Origin: a virus
Lineage: Duplodnaviria; Caudoviricetes
Reading direction: 5' to 3' (one strand)
IMG/VR virus record: IMGVR_UViG_3300029258_001507
Coordinates: 801 to 64,800 of that record
Length of the DNA stretch: 64,000 nucleotides
Part shown: in pieces, positions 36,072 through 45,898 of the stretch
How positions within the stretch are numbered: position 1 is the first letter of the stretch
Layout of the letters: every line of letters starts with the position of its first letter
The notes under the pieces: generated by a model
What the model saw: the letters and a program-made list of their open reading frames with translations, nothing else
What the model was told of the DNA's origin: nothing
Databases searched by the model: none
Position numbers and translations under genes: made by a program

Positions 36072-36470
36072 TCACTCCATCCACGACACGCAATCTTTCG
36101 TTTCGCAGCGCCCCCAGACGTGGCCGTTGTACGCGGCATGCGTCCAATGCAGATCACCGCCGCAGATCGGGCATTCCATGGTCCCCTTGGTGTTCTTGCC
36201 TTGGTTCTCTTCCTTGATGCGCGATATTGCCGGCGCGAGTACCTTCATGCGCGCGGCGTCCTTTGCTACCTCGGCGTCGTACTCGGCTACCTCGTCGTCG
36301 GTCGGCTCCGCGTACTGCTCGCAGCCGATGGCCGTCGTGTTCGCTTGGTGACAGGGTAGCCGCGTGACCCATCCACGGTCGGGCCCGCCAACCAATTCGC
36401 GAATGACAACGCCACGGCCGCAACGTTTGTTGATCGTGCCACGAAAATGCTTGCAGATTCCCTTTTTCAT
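36072..36470 (-). CDS. Zn-ribbon hypothetical protein
   Basis: CKHF.G....C, CPICGG.L.W....NGH..G.C....C..WME; GAGG RBS. Confidence 0.65.
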   Translation of the reverse strand: MKKGICKHFRGTINKRCGRGVVIRELVGGPDRGWVTRLPCHQANTTAIGCEQYAEPTDDEVAEYDAEVAKDAARMKVLAPAISRIKEENQGKNTKGTMECPICGGDLHWTHAAYNGHVWGRCETKDCVSWME

Positions 36471-36515
36471 TCCTCATCCTCTCGCCTGTCAGCCACAGCC
36501 AGCTTACGCTTCATG

Positions 36516-37058
36516 TTACCGCGTCATCCTGGTGATAGCCTCGCTCAATCGCGCGTCAAATCCGATCCGCATATCAACTAGTTCTTCCCGCGTAAAATGT
36601 CGCGTGGTCGCTTTCAATCGTTTCAGTCTCTCCATCGCCGACCTGCCACGCTCGGCCACCATCCAGATATGGTAATCCTCCACTGCGCCGCTCCTGTAGT
36701 TATTGCACCTTACGCATTGCGGTGCGACATTCTCTTCATTAAACAGTATCGAGAAACATCGCGATGCCAAAAAGTGCCCAGTCTGCATGCTTCCTCGGCT
36801 GTCTCTCCACTGCCTGACCTTGCCACATGTCACACATACACATTCCCCTACCCTGCGCGGCACTTGCGCCAACTCTCCCTTGACGACTGCAGTTACTGTC
36901 CCAGCTGGCTTTGCGGCTGCCTCCGCCCGAATCATCCTCTGAAATACCTGTGCCACAAACCTATTTGCATAGGTTGATAATTGGTATTCCGCCGCCTTCG
37001 CTAGCATCCGTTGCCGTGCTCGCTCGGCCTTTTCTTCTTCGGTTAGTGTCTGTGCCAT
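36516..37058 (-). CDS. ninG: NinG/Rap-family recombination endonuclease
   Basis: F...IR, CVTCG, GHF..R....F.E.N...QC..CN...SG. Confidence 0.8.
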   Translation of the reverse strand: MAQTLTEEEKAERARQRMLAKAAEYQLSTYANRFVAQVFQRMIRAEAAAKPAGTVTAVVKGELAQVPRRVGECVCVTCGKVRQWRDSRGSMQTGHFLASRCFSILFNEENVAPQCVRCNNYRSGAVEDYHIWMVAERGRSAMERLKRLKATTRHFTREELVDMRIGFDARLSEAITRMTR

Positions 37059-37091
37059 CAGTATTCACACCACCTTCCTGTGTGGTTGCAT

Positions 37092-37370
37092 TCAGGCGTC
37101 ACGAACGCGCTGCACTGACAAGACCTCTATCACAGCATGCACCTGAATATCGTCGTCAAGCGATAGCTCCTCGCGGATTTCCTTCACTGCCTCAACATCA
37201 CCATCTCGATCCAGGAGGACTAGCGCGATCTCTGTGACCGTGCGAGTTTGCTTGACTACCGCCAGTCGAGGTTTTGATACTATCATATGTACTCCTGCTT
37301 GTGCATTATCGCACAGCCTCAATAACGCGCAATATGCGACAACGCCATTGTCTTCCGGCTCGATGTACAC
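37092..37370 (-). CDS. Hypothetical protein
   Basis: 92-aa ORF filling the operon gap. Confidence 0.45.
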   Translation of the reverse strand: MYIEPEDNGVVAYCALLRLCDNAQAGVHMIVSKPRLAVVKQTRTVTEIALVLLDRDGDVEAVKEIREELSLDDDIQVHAVIEVLSVQRVRDA

Positions 37371-37387
37371 AATCCGCGTTACTACCC

Positions 37388-38569
37388 TTATAGTCTCGTG
37401 TGCACCCGCACCGGCAAATCCGTCCGCAGTGTCACCAACTGCAGCGTAATGTCTGCTTTCGGCTCGAACGCAATAAGTGCTTCACGTTGCTTGGGCTTTA
37501 TGCGTTCGTCCTCATCCTTCGCCGCTTGAATGGTTGCGCCGACCGTGCCGAACTCACTAATCAGGTCCTTTGCCCCCTTGACGCCGATGCCGCACACGCC
37601 CTTGATTCCGTCTACGTTATCTCCGCAGATTGCCTGGTATTCCGCCCACTCACTGGGGCGAATGCCTGTGTCGTCCATGTGTGTCTTCGCACTGACCCAC
37701 TCGTATTCTGGCGTGAGTTCGCCGGTCGTTTCGTCTTCCGACCATTCGACGCCAAGCAACATATTACATGTCTCCGTCAAACACTGGCGCAAGTCCTTGT
37801 CTTGCGTGAGGAGCGTGACACGTCCCGGGAATTTTGCAGCCGCACTCGCCATGACGTCATCGGCCTCAAATCCATCCACGGATACACACGCACACCCTTG
37901 CCTGTCAAGTAGCTCTCGCACCAATACTAACTGCTGGATCAGTTCCGGCTCTTTTGGTGGCCGTGGCTTGTACTTGTCTTCCCATTCCTCGGTTAACTCC
38001 TTCCGGAAATTATTCTTGGAATCGAAACAACACAGCACATCCGTCAATCCCTTGTCCTTCAGTCTCGCAGTAGTGCGTTCCACCCATGCTGCCACCCGGG
38101 ACGCTGCCTCCACCCCGGCCCCGGAAAACCAGTTTTTATGGAGATAATAGTTCGCGTCCACTGCCAGCAACCATCGCGTTCGCTCCTTCTCCTGGCGTTC
38201 GCTAGCGTCTGCTTTTCTGGCCTCGTCTGACGTGTGGCCCGCGTCGACATGAGCCTGCACCAGCTTAACCCGATCAGGCCGATTAGCGTGTCGCATGTGT
38301 GTTGTCCAGGTTGCTAGCGTGTTGCGATCGTCCTCCGTTGGGTACGCTTGCGCTACTGCCTTGCATCGCGATATCAGGTCCGGGCTGGTCCACTCGGGAA
38401 ATATCTGATGGAATACATCCGGATTTGTCGCCTCGAAATGCCGCACTAGGTCGCCAATCTGCCAGAGGCAATCCCGCTGCTGTTCTGCCAGCCCATGCCC
38501 GAATGACTCCGCTTCTTCGAGCGTCATGCCGGAGCAGTCAAGGAATTGTGGACGCAGGCGCGATGTCAT
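37388..38569 (-). CDS. 5'-3' exonuclease (PolI N-terminal/FEN family) with N-terminal extension
   Basis: FD....FR....YK..R, EADD, DKDL.Q, GD..D.I.GV.GIG.K.A. Confidence 0.92.
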   Translation of the reverse strand: MTSRLRPQFLDCSGMTLEEAESFGHGLAEQQRDCLWQIGDLVRHFEATNPDVFHQIFPEWTSPDLISRCKAVAQAYPTEDDRNTLATWTTHMRHANRPDRVKLVQAHVDAGHTSDEARKADASERQEKERTRWLLAVDANYYLHKNWFSGAGVEAASRVAAWVERTTARLKDKGLTDVLCCFDSKNNFRKELTEEWEDKYKPRPPKEPELIQQLVLVRELLDRQGCACVSVDGFEADDVMASAAAKFPGRVTLLTQDKDLRQCLTETCNMLLGVEWSEDETTGELTPEYEWVSAKTHMDDTGIRPSEWAEYQAICGDNVDGIKGVCGIGVKGAKDLISEFGTVGATIQAAKDEDERIKPKQREALIAFEPKADITLQLVTLRTDLPVRVHTRL

Positions 38570-39351
38570 GACGTTTCCTCTACATCGAATGGCACGTCGC
38601 TTGATACGCCGTGCGGATCTTCAGTGGCTGCAATACGGGCGACACACTCCTCCAACGCGGCCACGGTCCAGCATGTGTGATCGCTCACCGGGAAATGGCC
38701 AACGACCGCCACCACGAACCTAGAAAATCCTTCGCGCAATTCCTTTGGGTCTTTGCATCCCGCCGCAAATTTACTTTGCCACGCAAGTTTCAGGTTATTC
38801 AGTTCTGCTACACTGACTTCGTGCTCCGGCTCTTTCGGCATGGCCCATGCTGGCAACCCAGGCGATTTCCAGTAGAATCCACCACCTCCCTGCTTCTGTG
38901 GCAGCTTGCCGTACTGCCACTGTCTCGATCCTGCTGGCCGTGCGTCCGATACCTCCGCAAATGTTTCATCGAGGTAATAGAGATATCGGCCGATCCCCCA
39001 TTGTGCGCCTGCTCGTTTCATCGCGCCGCTGAATCCACCCTTTGCTGGCTCGATGTTTGTTGGCTCCGCCACGTCCCATTTTGTAATCCACTCGCCATTG
39101 ATCCTGATGGAAATACCACCTACCATGGCTGTCTTGCCATGTATATCAATGGTTATCGGCTCCTCGTTGCGCCAATTCGCTGGGCCGCACACATCATCCA
39201 GCCGCTTCTGTATCGCCCTGGCTGTAATGTAAGCCAGGACTAAGGCGAATACACCATTTGTATTCCTTCCACTCCGCGAGATTCGCCACTCAATGTCTTC
39301 TGGTGCGAACGGCTCCGCCAGCCTGTCTAGGGCGATGCTACTATTAGTCAT
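38566..39351 (-). CDS. Rad52/Rad22-family single-strand annealing protein (Sak-like)
   Basis: L..PF....IEWR, AYI.AR....RLD.V.G..NW, KG..S.A.KRA..WGIGRYLY. Confidence 0.92.
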   Translation of the reverse strand: MTNSSIALDRLAEPFAPEDIEWRISRSGRNTNGVFALVLAYITARAIQKRLDDVCGPANWRNEEPITIDIHGKTAMVGGISIRINGEWITKWDVAEPTNIEPAKGGFSGAMKRAGAQWGIGRYLYYLDETFAEVSDARPAGSRQWQYGKLPQKQGGGGFYWKSPGLPAWAMPKEPEHEVSVAELNNLKLAWQSKFAAGCKDPKELREGFSRFVVAVVGHFPVSDHTCWTVAALEECVARIAATEDPHGVSSDVPFDVEETS

Positions 39352-39647
39352 TTCTTCTCACCTTTCTGGCCCTCGGCGTGCTCCATGTCGCAAATGATCG
39401 CATTTAGATCGTCCGCAATCGCTTCCGCCATGTCGCGCAGTTGCGACTGCCCGACCCGATCGGCGAGACCATGGAGCAGCCACGCTGCACCGACAACGCC
39501 CTCGATTCGCATGATAACCGACGCTGTTGTTTCTGTTGGCTTCTCCTCTGCCGGCGCAAACAATAACCAGAATGCGTCGCGAAGCAGCCTATCCAGTGCT
39601 GACATGTCGCAAGACATGCCATGCATCGATTCCTTGCTATACATCAT
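39348..39647 (-). CDS. Hypothetical protein
   Basis: 99-aa ORF coupled to the annealase gene. Confidence 0.5.
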   Translation of the reverse strand: MMYSKESMHGMSCDMSALDRLLRDAFWLLFAPAEEKPTETTASVIMRIEGVVGAAWLLHGLADRVGQSQLRDMAEAIADDLNAIICDMEHAEGQKGEKK

Positions 39648-40003
39648 GTTTCACCTTGTGTTTTTCGTGAGCGCGATTCGACTTGCGGCGATCGCGTAAT
39701 TCGGCACAACAATAGATCAGTGCGCCGACCAACGCGGCATACCATATAGGATTTGATTCAATGAGCTGCCAGTAGGAATTCATGCCTCTAGGCTCCGTTA
39801 GAGTACAATCGCATGAAGATGGCCGCCGAGGGAGCCCGCACTCCCTCGACGGCCGGCCACCATGAGGTGCATAATAGCGTAGACGTTGCGCGTTCCTAGT
39901 TGTGCGCATGTCGTGTGGCAGAGCATGGCGGCCCTTCCTGCGTTTGCGGTTCTGTTTTGCGTGCCGATTCGCTACGGCACACGCGGGTTTCACAGTGCGA
40001 GCA

Positions 40004-40031
40004 AATCTACCAGACGGAAAGCATTTGTCAA
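40004..40031 (-). promoter_or_regulatory. Sigma70-like early promoter with adjacent operator-like palindrome (40041-40064)
   Basis: TTGACA-N16-TAGATT with TG extension; ATGGATT-N10-AATCCAT just upstream. Confidence 0.65.
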
Positions 40032-40065
40032 TAGTGATCCATGGATTTTCCGAAAATAATCCATC

Positions 40066-40311
40066 TTAGTCCAGATTGGCCAATTCGCTCACGCTACAAC
40101 CGAGCGCCTTGGCCAATTTCCGCAGACTCGCCATGATCGGCTCCATGTACCGATCATTTTCCCAATCGGCAATCCGCGATTGGCCGCAGCCCATCGCATC
40201 GGCCAATTGCTGCTGGGTCATTTTGGCGCGCAGCCGAGCTGCCCTGATTCGGCCGCCCGGCGTTTGGGGTTTTTGCTTTTGTGTCATGCGCTGGGCTCCT
40301 TTTCGCCACAA
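40066..40311 (-). CDS. XRE-family HTH regulator (start probably 40287)
   Basis: GGRIRAAR...MTQQQLA..MG..QS.I..WE...P....L.KLA.ALG. Confidence 0.9.
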   Translation of the reverse strand: MWRKGAQRMTQKQKPQTPGGRIRAARLRAKMTQQQLADAMGCGQSRIADWENDRYMEPIMASLRKLAKALGCSVSELANLD

Positions 40312-40497
40312 AGTTCGCGGGCCGCGTCGAGATTATCATCGGCGGCAGGACGTCGACCCGCCCGGCCCACTGGCGGCACGGGGGCCATTTGCCAGTGGGC
40401 GCGGCGGGGGACTGCAGAGGCAATGTCGTCGTGATCGATTACGATAGTGGCATTCATCGTTTCGTCTCCTTGTTTCGCGGTTTCCTTTTCGTGGCGC

Positions 40498-41163
40498 TTA
40501 TTTGCCAGCCAGTCGCGCCGCCAATGTCTCCATAGTGTGGTCATCGCCGCTGGGTTGCATGGCGAGCGAGATGTCCTCGGTGCAATGTGCGGACCCGTGG
40601 TCGCTGATCCGCAGCTTGAACGATTCGGTATCGTCGCCCACTTCGCGCCATACCTCATAATACCGGCTGCGCGTGTTGAATCCTCCGCCCGCATCGCCGA
40701 AGTGCCAGCCGTGCTGCTCCGCGAGCGCCTTCGCGTGGGCCTCGGTGTTTTCGATCCACGCGAACGCATCATGCTTGGCCTGGCACTCGTCGCACCGCTC
40801 TCGATCGGCATCGTATTCCGTGTCAAGTTCCGTCTCGCAGTCAACGCACCACTCCACCGACGGCGCTGGCTCCTCTTCCTCGCGAGGCTCCGCCATGGCG
40901 AGCCTTCGAGATGCTTCGTCGCGCTGTCGTAATTCGGCCTGCACCGCACGATATACGTCGTCGCCGTGCTCGCGCCGAATCGACACGCGACTCCGCTTGC
41001 CCCGTGACACCTCGTCAGCCAGCTTTGTGATGTCGGCGTTCATCGTTTCGTCTCCTTGTTTCGCGGTCAACTCCCAATCGCTAATTACCATTATCGGGAT
41101 ATCCCGCTCTTTGTCAACGGCGAATAACGCCATTTCCCGATATTTTTTCCAGATGGCGAGCAA
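40498..41163 (-). CDS. Hypothetical protein (true start probably 41043)
   Basis: AAGGAG RBS before MNADIT; SRY...LRISDH motif. Confidence 0.6.
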   Translation of the reverse strand: MLAIWKKYREMALFAVDKERDIPIMVISDWELTAKQGDETMNADITKLADEVSRGKRSRVSIRREHGDDVYRAVQAELRQRDEASRRLAMAEPREEEEPAPSVEWCVDCETELDTEYDADRERCDECQAKHDAFAWIENTEAHAKALAEQHGWHFGDAGGGFNTRSRYYEVWREVGDDTESFKLRISDHGSAHCTEDISLAMQPSGDDHTMETLAARLAGK

Positions 41164-41321
41164 ACAAGCAAAAAACGCCTATACGTACGGCACAAATTGG
41201 ACGGCAATTATTTTCCAGAATCGGTGAAAATCGACAGAAATAGGCACTCTGCCGTACCACATCACCGCGAATCCTGAGGAATTCGGCGATTCCTAATACT
41301 CGCCATGGTATATTCCGGAAT

Positions 41322-41693
41322 ATGCGTGGATGGCTATTGCATTCTGCCGATGATCCTGCTAGAGTCAGATTGTACAGTACACTCCTAGCCACCATGGAGG
41401 CCATCATGACAGTACGGGAATTACAGAGGATTGACATGGGATTATTGCCAGAAATCGACCAGGTACGGTGCCGCAAATGCGGCACAATCTACCGATGGAA
41501 TCGTGACTCATGTGTATACACTGGCGCCTATAATGCGTCGGTTGATACGCATGGCCTTGATCGCGAATTCGGCCTCGACCTGTGGCTCTGTGCCTGCGAT
41601 GGCGAGCCGCTCCTCATTGGCCTGGATTCGAGCGACGAGGACGCATTTGCTTATAATTTTTTCACCATGAACGAGGAAACACGCCATGCCTAG
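41322..41693 (+). CDS. Hypothetical protein (true start probably 41406)
   Basis: GGAGG RBS; first gene of a short rightward operon. Confidence 0.55.
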   Translation: MRGWLLHSADDPARVRLYSTLLATMEAIMTVRELQRIDMGLLPEIDQVRCRKCGTIYRWNRDSCVYTGAYNASVDTHGLDREFGLDLWLCACDGEPLLIGLDSSDEDAFAYNFFTMNEETRHA

Positions 41694-41880
41694 ATATCGA
41701 TCCACGATCGTCACTCGCTCTCGCGACTCTGTAGATGATTACCGCCGAGAGCGATGCAATGTTACTGCGGACACGGAGCACCAGGCGCGACGCAAAATCA
41801 TCCAGCAGGCTCTAGCCGTCGGACAGACTGTAGACTATTTTGTCTACATTTACGCCGCAGAGGAGGAACCAATTGAATAG
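41686..41880 (+). CDS. Hypothetical protein
   Basis: GAGG RBS; overlaps the upstream stop codon. Confidence 0.5.
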   Translation: MPRYRSTIVTRSRDSVDDYRRERCNVTADTEHQARRKIIQQALAVGQTVDYFVYIYAAEEEPIE

Positions 41881-42106
41881 ATATTGCACGCCAGTAGAGG
41901 CAGCCGAACAGATCGGTTGCAGCCCAAGCCACGTGCGATCACTGATACGATCGCGCAAGCTGCGGGCACGACGGAAAAAATATTTGGGAATCTGGCACTA
42001 CCAGATCCTGCAATCCGATGTCACGAGGTATGCTGCCACGCCGCAACGTGGCGGCTGGCCTCGTGGCCAACCAAGAAAGGAGCCTGACAATGAGATGTCT
42101 ACTTGA
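41840..42106 (+). CDS. Excisionase-like HTH_17 DNA-binding protein
   Basis: T..EAA..IG.S...VR.LI....L.A......W.I, GGWPRG. Confidence 0.75.
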   Translation: MSTFTPQRRNQLNRYCTPVEAAEQIGCSPSHVRSLIRSRKLRARRKKYLGIWHYQILQSDVTRYAATPQRGGWPRGQPRKEPDNEMST

Positions 42107-42196
42107 TCTTGTTGTGTTGTGTTTGGCGTTGGCTGTTGTCGCCTGCACACTTTTTGCATGCCTGGTGTGGTAAGCAGACACCCTAAGGAGGTTACC

Positions 42197-42757
42197 ATGA
42201 CACGCCTACTTGTGTTCGTCGGACTACTGCTATCGGTTAGCCATGCGTCCGCTGAAATGATCGACCATGGCACATACACTACAGACACGGACGCGGGACT
42301 TGATTGGCTCGACTGGAGCGAGACAGCAGGGTTGACACCTCCCGAAGTGGAGTTGTCGGAATGGAGATATGCCACGGTATCGGAATTCCAGGAATTCCTG
42401 GAGAAGTTCCATTTCGAGCGAATCGGAGGACTCGTCAATGAGGAAGATCGTGCTCTTGCGGCGACTGTGTTTGACCTGATGGGAACACCCGAAGAGGAAG
42501 CCGTGGTCCTGATTATCGATGGGCCTAGGGCACACATTCAGATGTTCTCACTAGGCCAGATAGACCCATTACTTGGCCACGCTCATACGGGCTGGAGCGT
42601 CACTTCCGTACATTCCGATTGGGTGCAAGGCGATCGCTTTGGCGGGCATGCGCTTGTCAGAGAGGCTGTGTCTGCACCGGAGCCGAGCACGTTTCTTGCT
42701 GGCCTAGCGGGGATTGCTGGGCTTGTGTTCTTCACACGACGGCGACTATTGATCTAA
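42197..42757 (+). CDS. PEP-CTERM-sorted surface protein
   Basis: AAGGAGG RBS, signal peptide, TD...GL.WLD motif, C-terminal APEPST-TM-RRR. Confidence 0.85.
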   Translation: MTRLLVFVGLLLSVSHASAEMIDHGTYTTDTDAGLDWLDWSETAGLTPPEVELSEWRYATVSEFQEFLEKFHFERIGGLVNEEDRALAATVFDLMGTPEEEAVVLIIDGPRAHIQMFSLGQIDPLLGHAHTGWSVTSVHSDWVQGDRFGGHALVREAVSAPEPSTFLAGLAGIAGLVFFTRRRLLI

Positions 42758-42770
42758 CGCCGAATCACTG

Positions 42771-42830
42771 CCCTAGCCCAACTCTACAGCATGGCGGGAG
42801 CGAATGCACCATGCGACGAGTGGGCTAGGG
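42771..42830. terminator. Long hairpin between convergent genes
   Basis: ccctagccca...tgggctaggg outer stem with inner gcatgg/ccatgc stem. Confidence 0.55.
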
Positions 42831-43760
42831 CTATTTCCAGTACGGGTTGTCTGGTGAAGCAGTGATGCCAGGAATGTGGGAGTAATCTCTCACATGCTCT
42901 CGGATAAATGGATAGGCGTCCCACGGGTCGGTCAGTACGAATTGCCTATCCGCAAGCGTGGCGCGCCAGTACTCTTGCAAAAACGGATTGAGCATTGCGG
43001 CAACAAACGAAAATGTGGATGCTCCACCTACGATAATGTCGCATTGCGACAGCAAGTAGAAATCCGGATACCAATCTATATCTCCAGGATTTCCGCTCTT
43101 GAGGTCCTCTCGAAGATAGTTGTAGTGTGCATATTGCTCCGATGTGTATTGCACACCCAATGATTCTGCTGTCTCTACGTGGTATCCTGTCAGTTCTGAC
43201 GCAACGGTTGGATCTTCACTGGCTACAAATAGCTTGTATCCCGTCAATCGTGGCAGATGTGTTTCCAGCCAGTTGACGTACCAACTGATCGGCGTTAGTG
43301 GAAAGATACGCCTGCCATAATCTCCTCGACGGACATGCAAGCCTATGGTAATGTCACAATCATGCAACAATCGCTTGCGTGCATCAACCAGGCGACTTTC
43401 TGTATCCAATGTCGGCCTGAACAAACCGGACAGATAGAGTTCATAACCGCCGTAAAAACTTGTGTGATATTGTCCATACCCGCGATAATCGCGATTGTCG
43501 ATATCATTCTCGTTAGGCAAGGTTGGCTGCAGCAGGCTGTTACCCGGAGTCTCGTGGTATGGCGGAAGCGTTCGTCCTATAGGCGTGTCGACAGTGCCGA
43601 ATAATGTATTCCCTATCCACGGCGGGATTTCCAAGTCCATGGAATATTTGGCAGCCCATGTCTTCAGAAATGCGTATTGCAAAAACTGATTTGCTGCTCT
43701 ACCCATGGTGCCAAATTGCGACATGGTTATTATTCGTGACATGTTGTATTCCCGCCCCAA
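42831..43760 (-). CDS. Alpha-1,2-fucosyltransferase-like protein (GT11)
   Basis: GR.ANQ..QYA, HVRRGDY, D...LS.CD.I....STFS..AA. Confidence 0.85.
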   Translation of the reverse strand: MGREYNMSRIITMSQFGTMGRAANQFLQYAFLKTWAAKYSMDLEIPPWIGNTLFGTVDTPIGRTLPPYHETPGNSLLQPTLPNENDIDNRDYRGYGQYHTSFYGGYELYLSGLFRPTLDTESRLVDARKRLLHDCDITIGLHVRRGDYGRRIFPLTPISWYVNWLETHLPRLTGYKLFVASEDPTVASELTGYHVETAESLGVQYTSEQYAHYNYLREDLKSGNPGDIDWYPDFYLLSQCDIIVGGASTFSFVAAMLNPFLQEYWRATLADRQFVLTDPWDAYPFIREHVRDYSHIPGITASPDNPYWK

Positions 43761-44551
43761 AATATATGACTCGTGCGCCTGGAATGGTGAAACTTCGCTG
43801 CGGCCTGTTCTGTGGAAAAGTCGAGCCCGATCTCTTTAATGCATGACGCATTTCTCAGCCAATACATAGCGGCAAGGACATTGGTAGTTGCCGCTCTAGT
43901 GCAATTCCACCTGATAAATCCTCTTTCTGCATTGTCGAGCACAGAATCAACGTACGTCTGGCGTAGTACCAGTGGCAACTCCGAAATAGAATCAAGGCTT
44001 ATTGCGAGATCAGACACATTAGAGATAGTTGCATCCGTACACAACTTGACTGAATCTATTCCTACATGATGCAGATATTTCTTCTGAAGATCGCACACTT
44101 CCGGCAGGTCGTAGATAGTGTAGCTAGCTGGCTCAAGAAAATGCACTACCATGGCAGCAAGTAGCCCATATCCACCTCCTATTTCCACTACGTGCTTCCC
44201 GTGTAGAGTGCCACCCATAAATTCGCGAATGACACATACGTCTTCGAGTGTGTGTATGAGAGTATGTGATACGTGCAGCGTGCGCGTTATGTGATGCCGT
44301 CTTGGTGTTCCGACATCGTCTAATGCATGCAAGAATGCCGCATCCTCAAGTGTCGTGTGGGAATGCCTCCACAGTTCAGATAAGATCGGCTTCAATACCT
44401 TGTGCTCAACGTCCTTGTTTTCTGTGACACAGGCGATCCCTGGCATTTGGCGAAAGACCGGGAAATACACAGGATCGGACACTGCAAGCCTACAATCCTC
44501 AATAAATTGCCGATAGGTATGTTCGCCAATAAGCCAGTCTGAATTATACAT
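43730..44551 (-). CDS. Putative sugar O-methyltransferase
   Basis: VVEIGGGYG, Y...DLPEV..LQ..YL, S.SEL....R..Y. Confidence 0.8.
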   Translation of the reverse strand: MYNSDWLIGEHTYRQFIEDCRLAVSDPVYFPVFRQMPGIACVTENKDVEHKVLKPILSELWRHSHTTLEDAAFLHALDDVGTPRRHHITRTLHVSHTLIHTLEDVCVIREFMGGTLHGKHVVEIGGGYGLLAAMVVHFLEPASYTIYDLPEVCDLQKKYLHHVGIDSVKLCTDATISNVSDLAISLDSISELPLVLRQTYVDSVLDNAERGFIRWNCTRAATTNVLAAMYWLRNASCIKEIGLDFSTEQAAAKFHHSRRTSHIFWGGNTTCHE

Positions 44552-45353
44552 GCTGTTTCTTTATTTCTGTTTTCAGTGCCTGCAAGAGTCGCTGCCCAAG
44601 TGCCACCTTTTCAGGTGGCGACCGCAAATAGTTGCCCTCTTCGCCAGCTGCATAATAATGATCGTATTCCAGGCCAGGCACTATGCGCAACTTATTTCCA
44701 GCAAGCAACCAGAGCAAGTTGTAGACAAACGAATCATTAGCATCGAAGACTTGCTCATAGTATGTTGATTGCAAGTCCTGTTCTGACAACTCCAGCCAAT
44801 TCGGCAGTTGCCTATCTGCCCTGATGCCACGATATTGCCCAAAGACATTCAGGAATGATCGTCTAGCTACTGTCTGATTTCCAGTGTTGAAGAAGCAACA
44901 GAAAATCGGGTGTGGCACGATTTGTGATATACTAGTCAATGTATACGGAGTATCTGACGCAAGTGGCCGATAATTGAATCGCGGCCTCGCAAAACTGGCA
45001 CATAACCATACAGATTGATCGGTGGCTAATGATAGCACCTTGTCGATAAAGGTACTATCCATGCTGTTGTCTGAGTCGCACGTAATTACCCAATCGCCAG
45101 TTGCCCTGGCGATGGCTTCCAGTTTATTCCCGAAGACTCCGTAATTGTGCGGATTTCGGAAAAGAGATACTTTTGCCTGTCCTCGCAGTAAGTGTTCCAA
45201 CCCATCACAATCCTCTGAGCAGTCATCCACAACCACAATCTCATCAATACCAGGATGATTTTGCGCTGCTTTCAGGCATCTAAGTATTTTCGCGCCAGAG
45301 CCGCGCTGTGGCGACATTTCATTGTATGCAGTAATCGCAAAACTCGTACTCAT
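44544..45353 (-). CDS. Glycosyltransferase family 2
   Basis: I.AYN, EIVVVDDCSED, N..N.G, A.GDWV...DSD. Confidence 0.85.
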   Translation of the reverse strand: MSTSFAITAYNEMSPQRGSGAKILRCLKAAQNHPGIDEIVVVDDCSEDCDGLEHLLRGQAKVSLFRNPHNYGVFGNKLEAIARATGDWVITCDSDNSMDSTFIDKVLSLATDQSVWLCASFARPRFNYRPLASDTPYTLTSISQIVPHPIFCCFFNTGNQTVARRSFLNVFGQYRGIRADRQLPNWLELSEQDLQSTYYEQVFDANDSFVYNLLWLLAGNKLRIVPGLEYDHYYAAGEEGNYLRSPPEKVALGQRLLQALKTEIKKQHV

Positions 45354-45898
45354 TTGTGTCCATGCTTCCTGAATGCCCAGCTAGGGAAGTCTTCATTCGT
45401 CACAACGTGCAATTGTGCGCCGTATTCCTCAACGAACCTATCCAATACAGGCTGCACCATAATAAAATCATCAAAGATGCAATAATCATGGCCAGTGACC
45501 CAACCGCCAGGTTTCACTTTAGGAATCCATGCCTCTAAGTCAGAACGAATCCGCAAATGATTGGCATCTAGATAGACCCAGTCTAAGCTTTCGTCCTGGA
45601 ATGTCTCGGCTACTTCAACGGAGTACCCCTTGATTATTTCCACATTCGCATGGTCTTTGAACCGTTCCCTAGTCGTTCTTTCGTTTTCGTCCTGCTGTGT
45701 TTGTGCGACGTTTGCTGGATCATGTCCATAATCCGCCACGGATTGCGTTTCCCAACAATCGATCAGATAGAGTTTTCGTGGCTTGTTAAATCGCACGATC
45801 ATGTCGGCGAAATCGCCATGCTGCACGCCAACTTCCGCCACCACGCCGCCATTAGGAAGAGTGGCCGCCATTGTGCCTCTGTCCGTCATGTCCAGCAT
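45350..45898 (-). CDS. Class I SAM methyltransferase (Methyltransf_24-like)
   Basis: EVGV..G, LIDCW, LDWVYLDANH, KVKPGG.V.GHDY. Confidence 0.88.
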   Translation of the reverse strand: MLDMTDRGTMAATLPNGGVVAEVGVQHGDFADMIVRFNKPRKLYLIDCWETQSVADYGHDPANVAQTQQDENERTTRERFKDHANVEIIKGYSVEVAETFQDESLDWVYLDANHLRIRSDLEAWIPKVKPGGWVTGHDYCIFDDFIMVQPVLDRFVEEYGAQLHVVTNEDFPSWAFRKHGHK

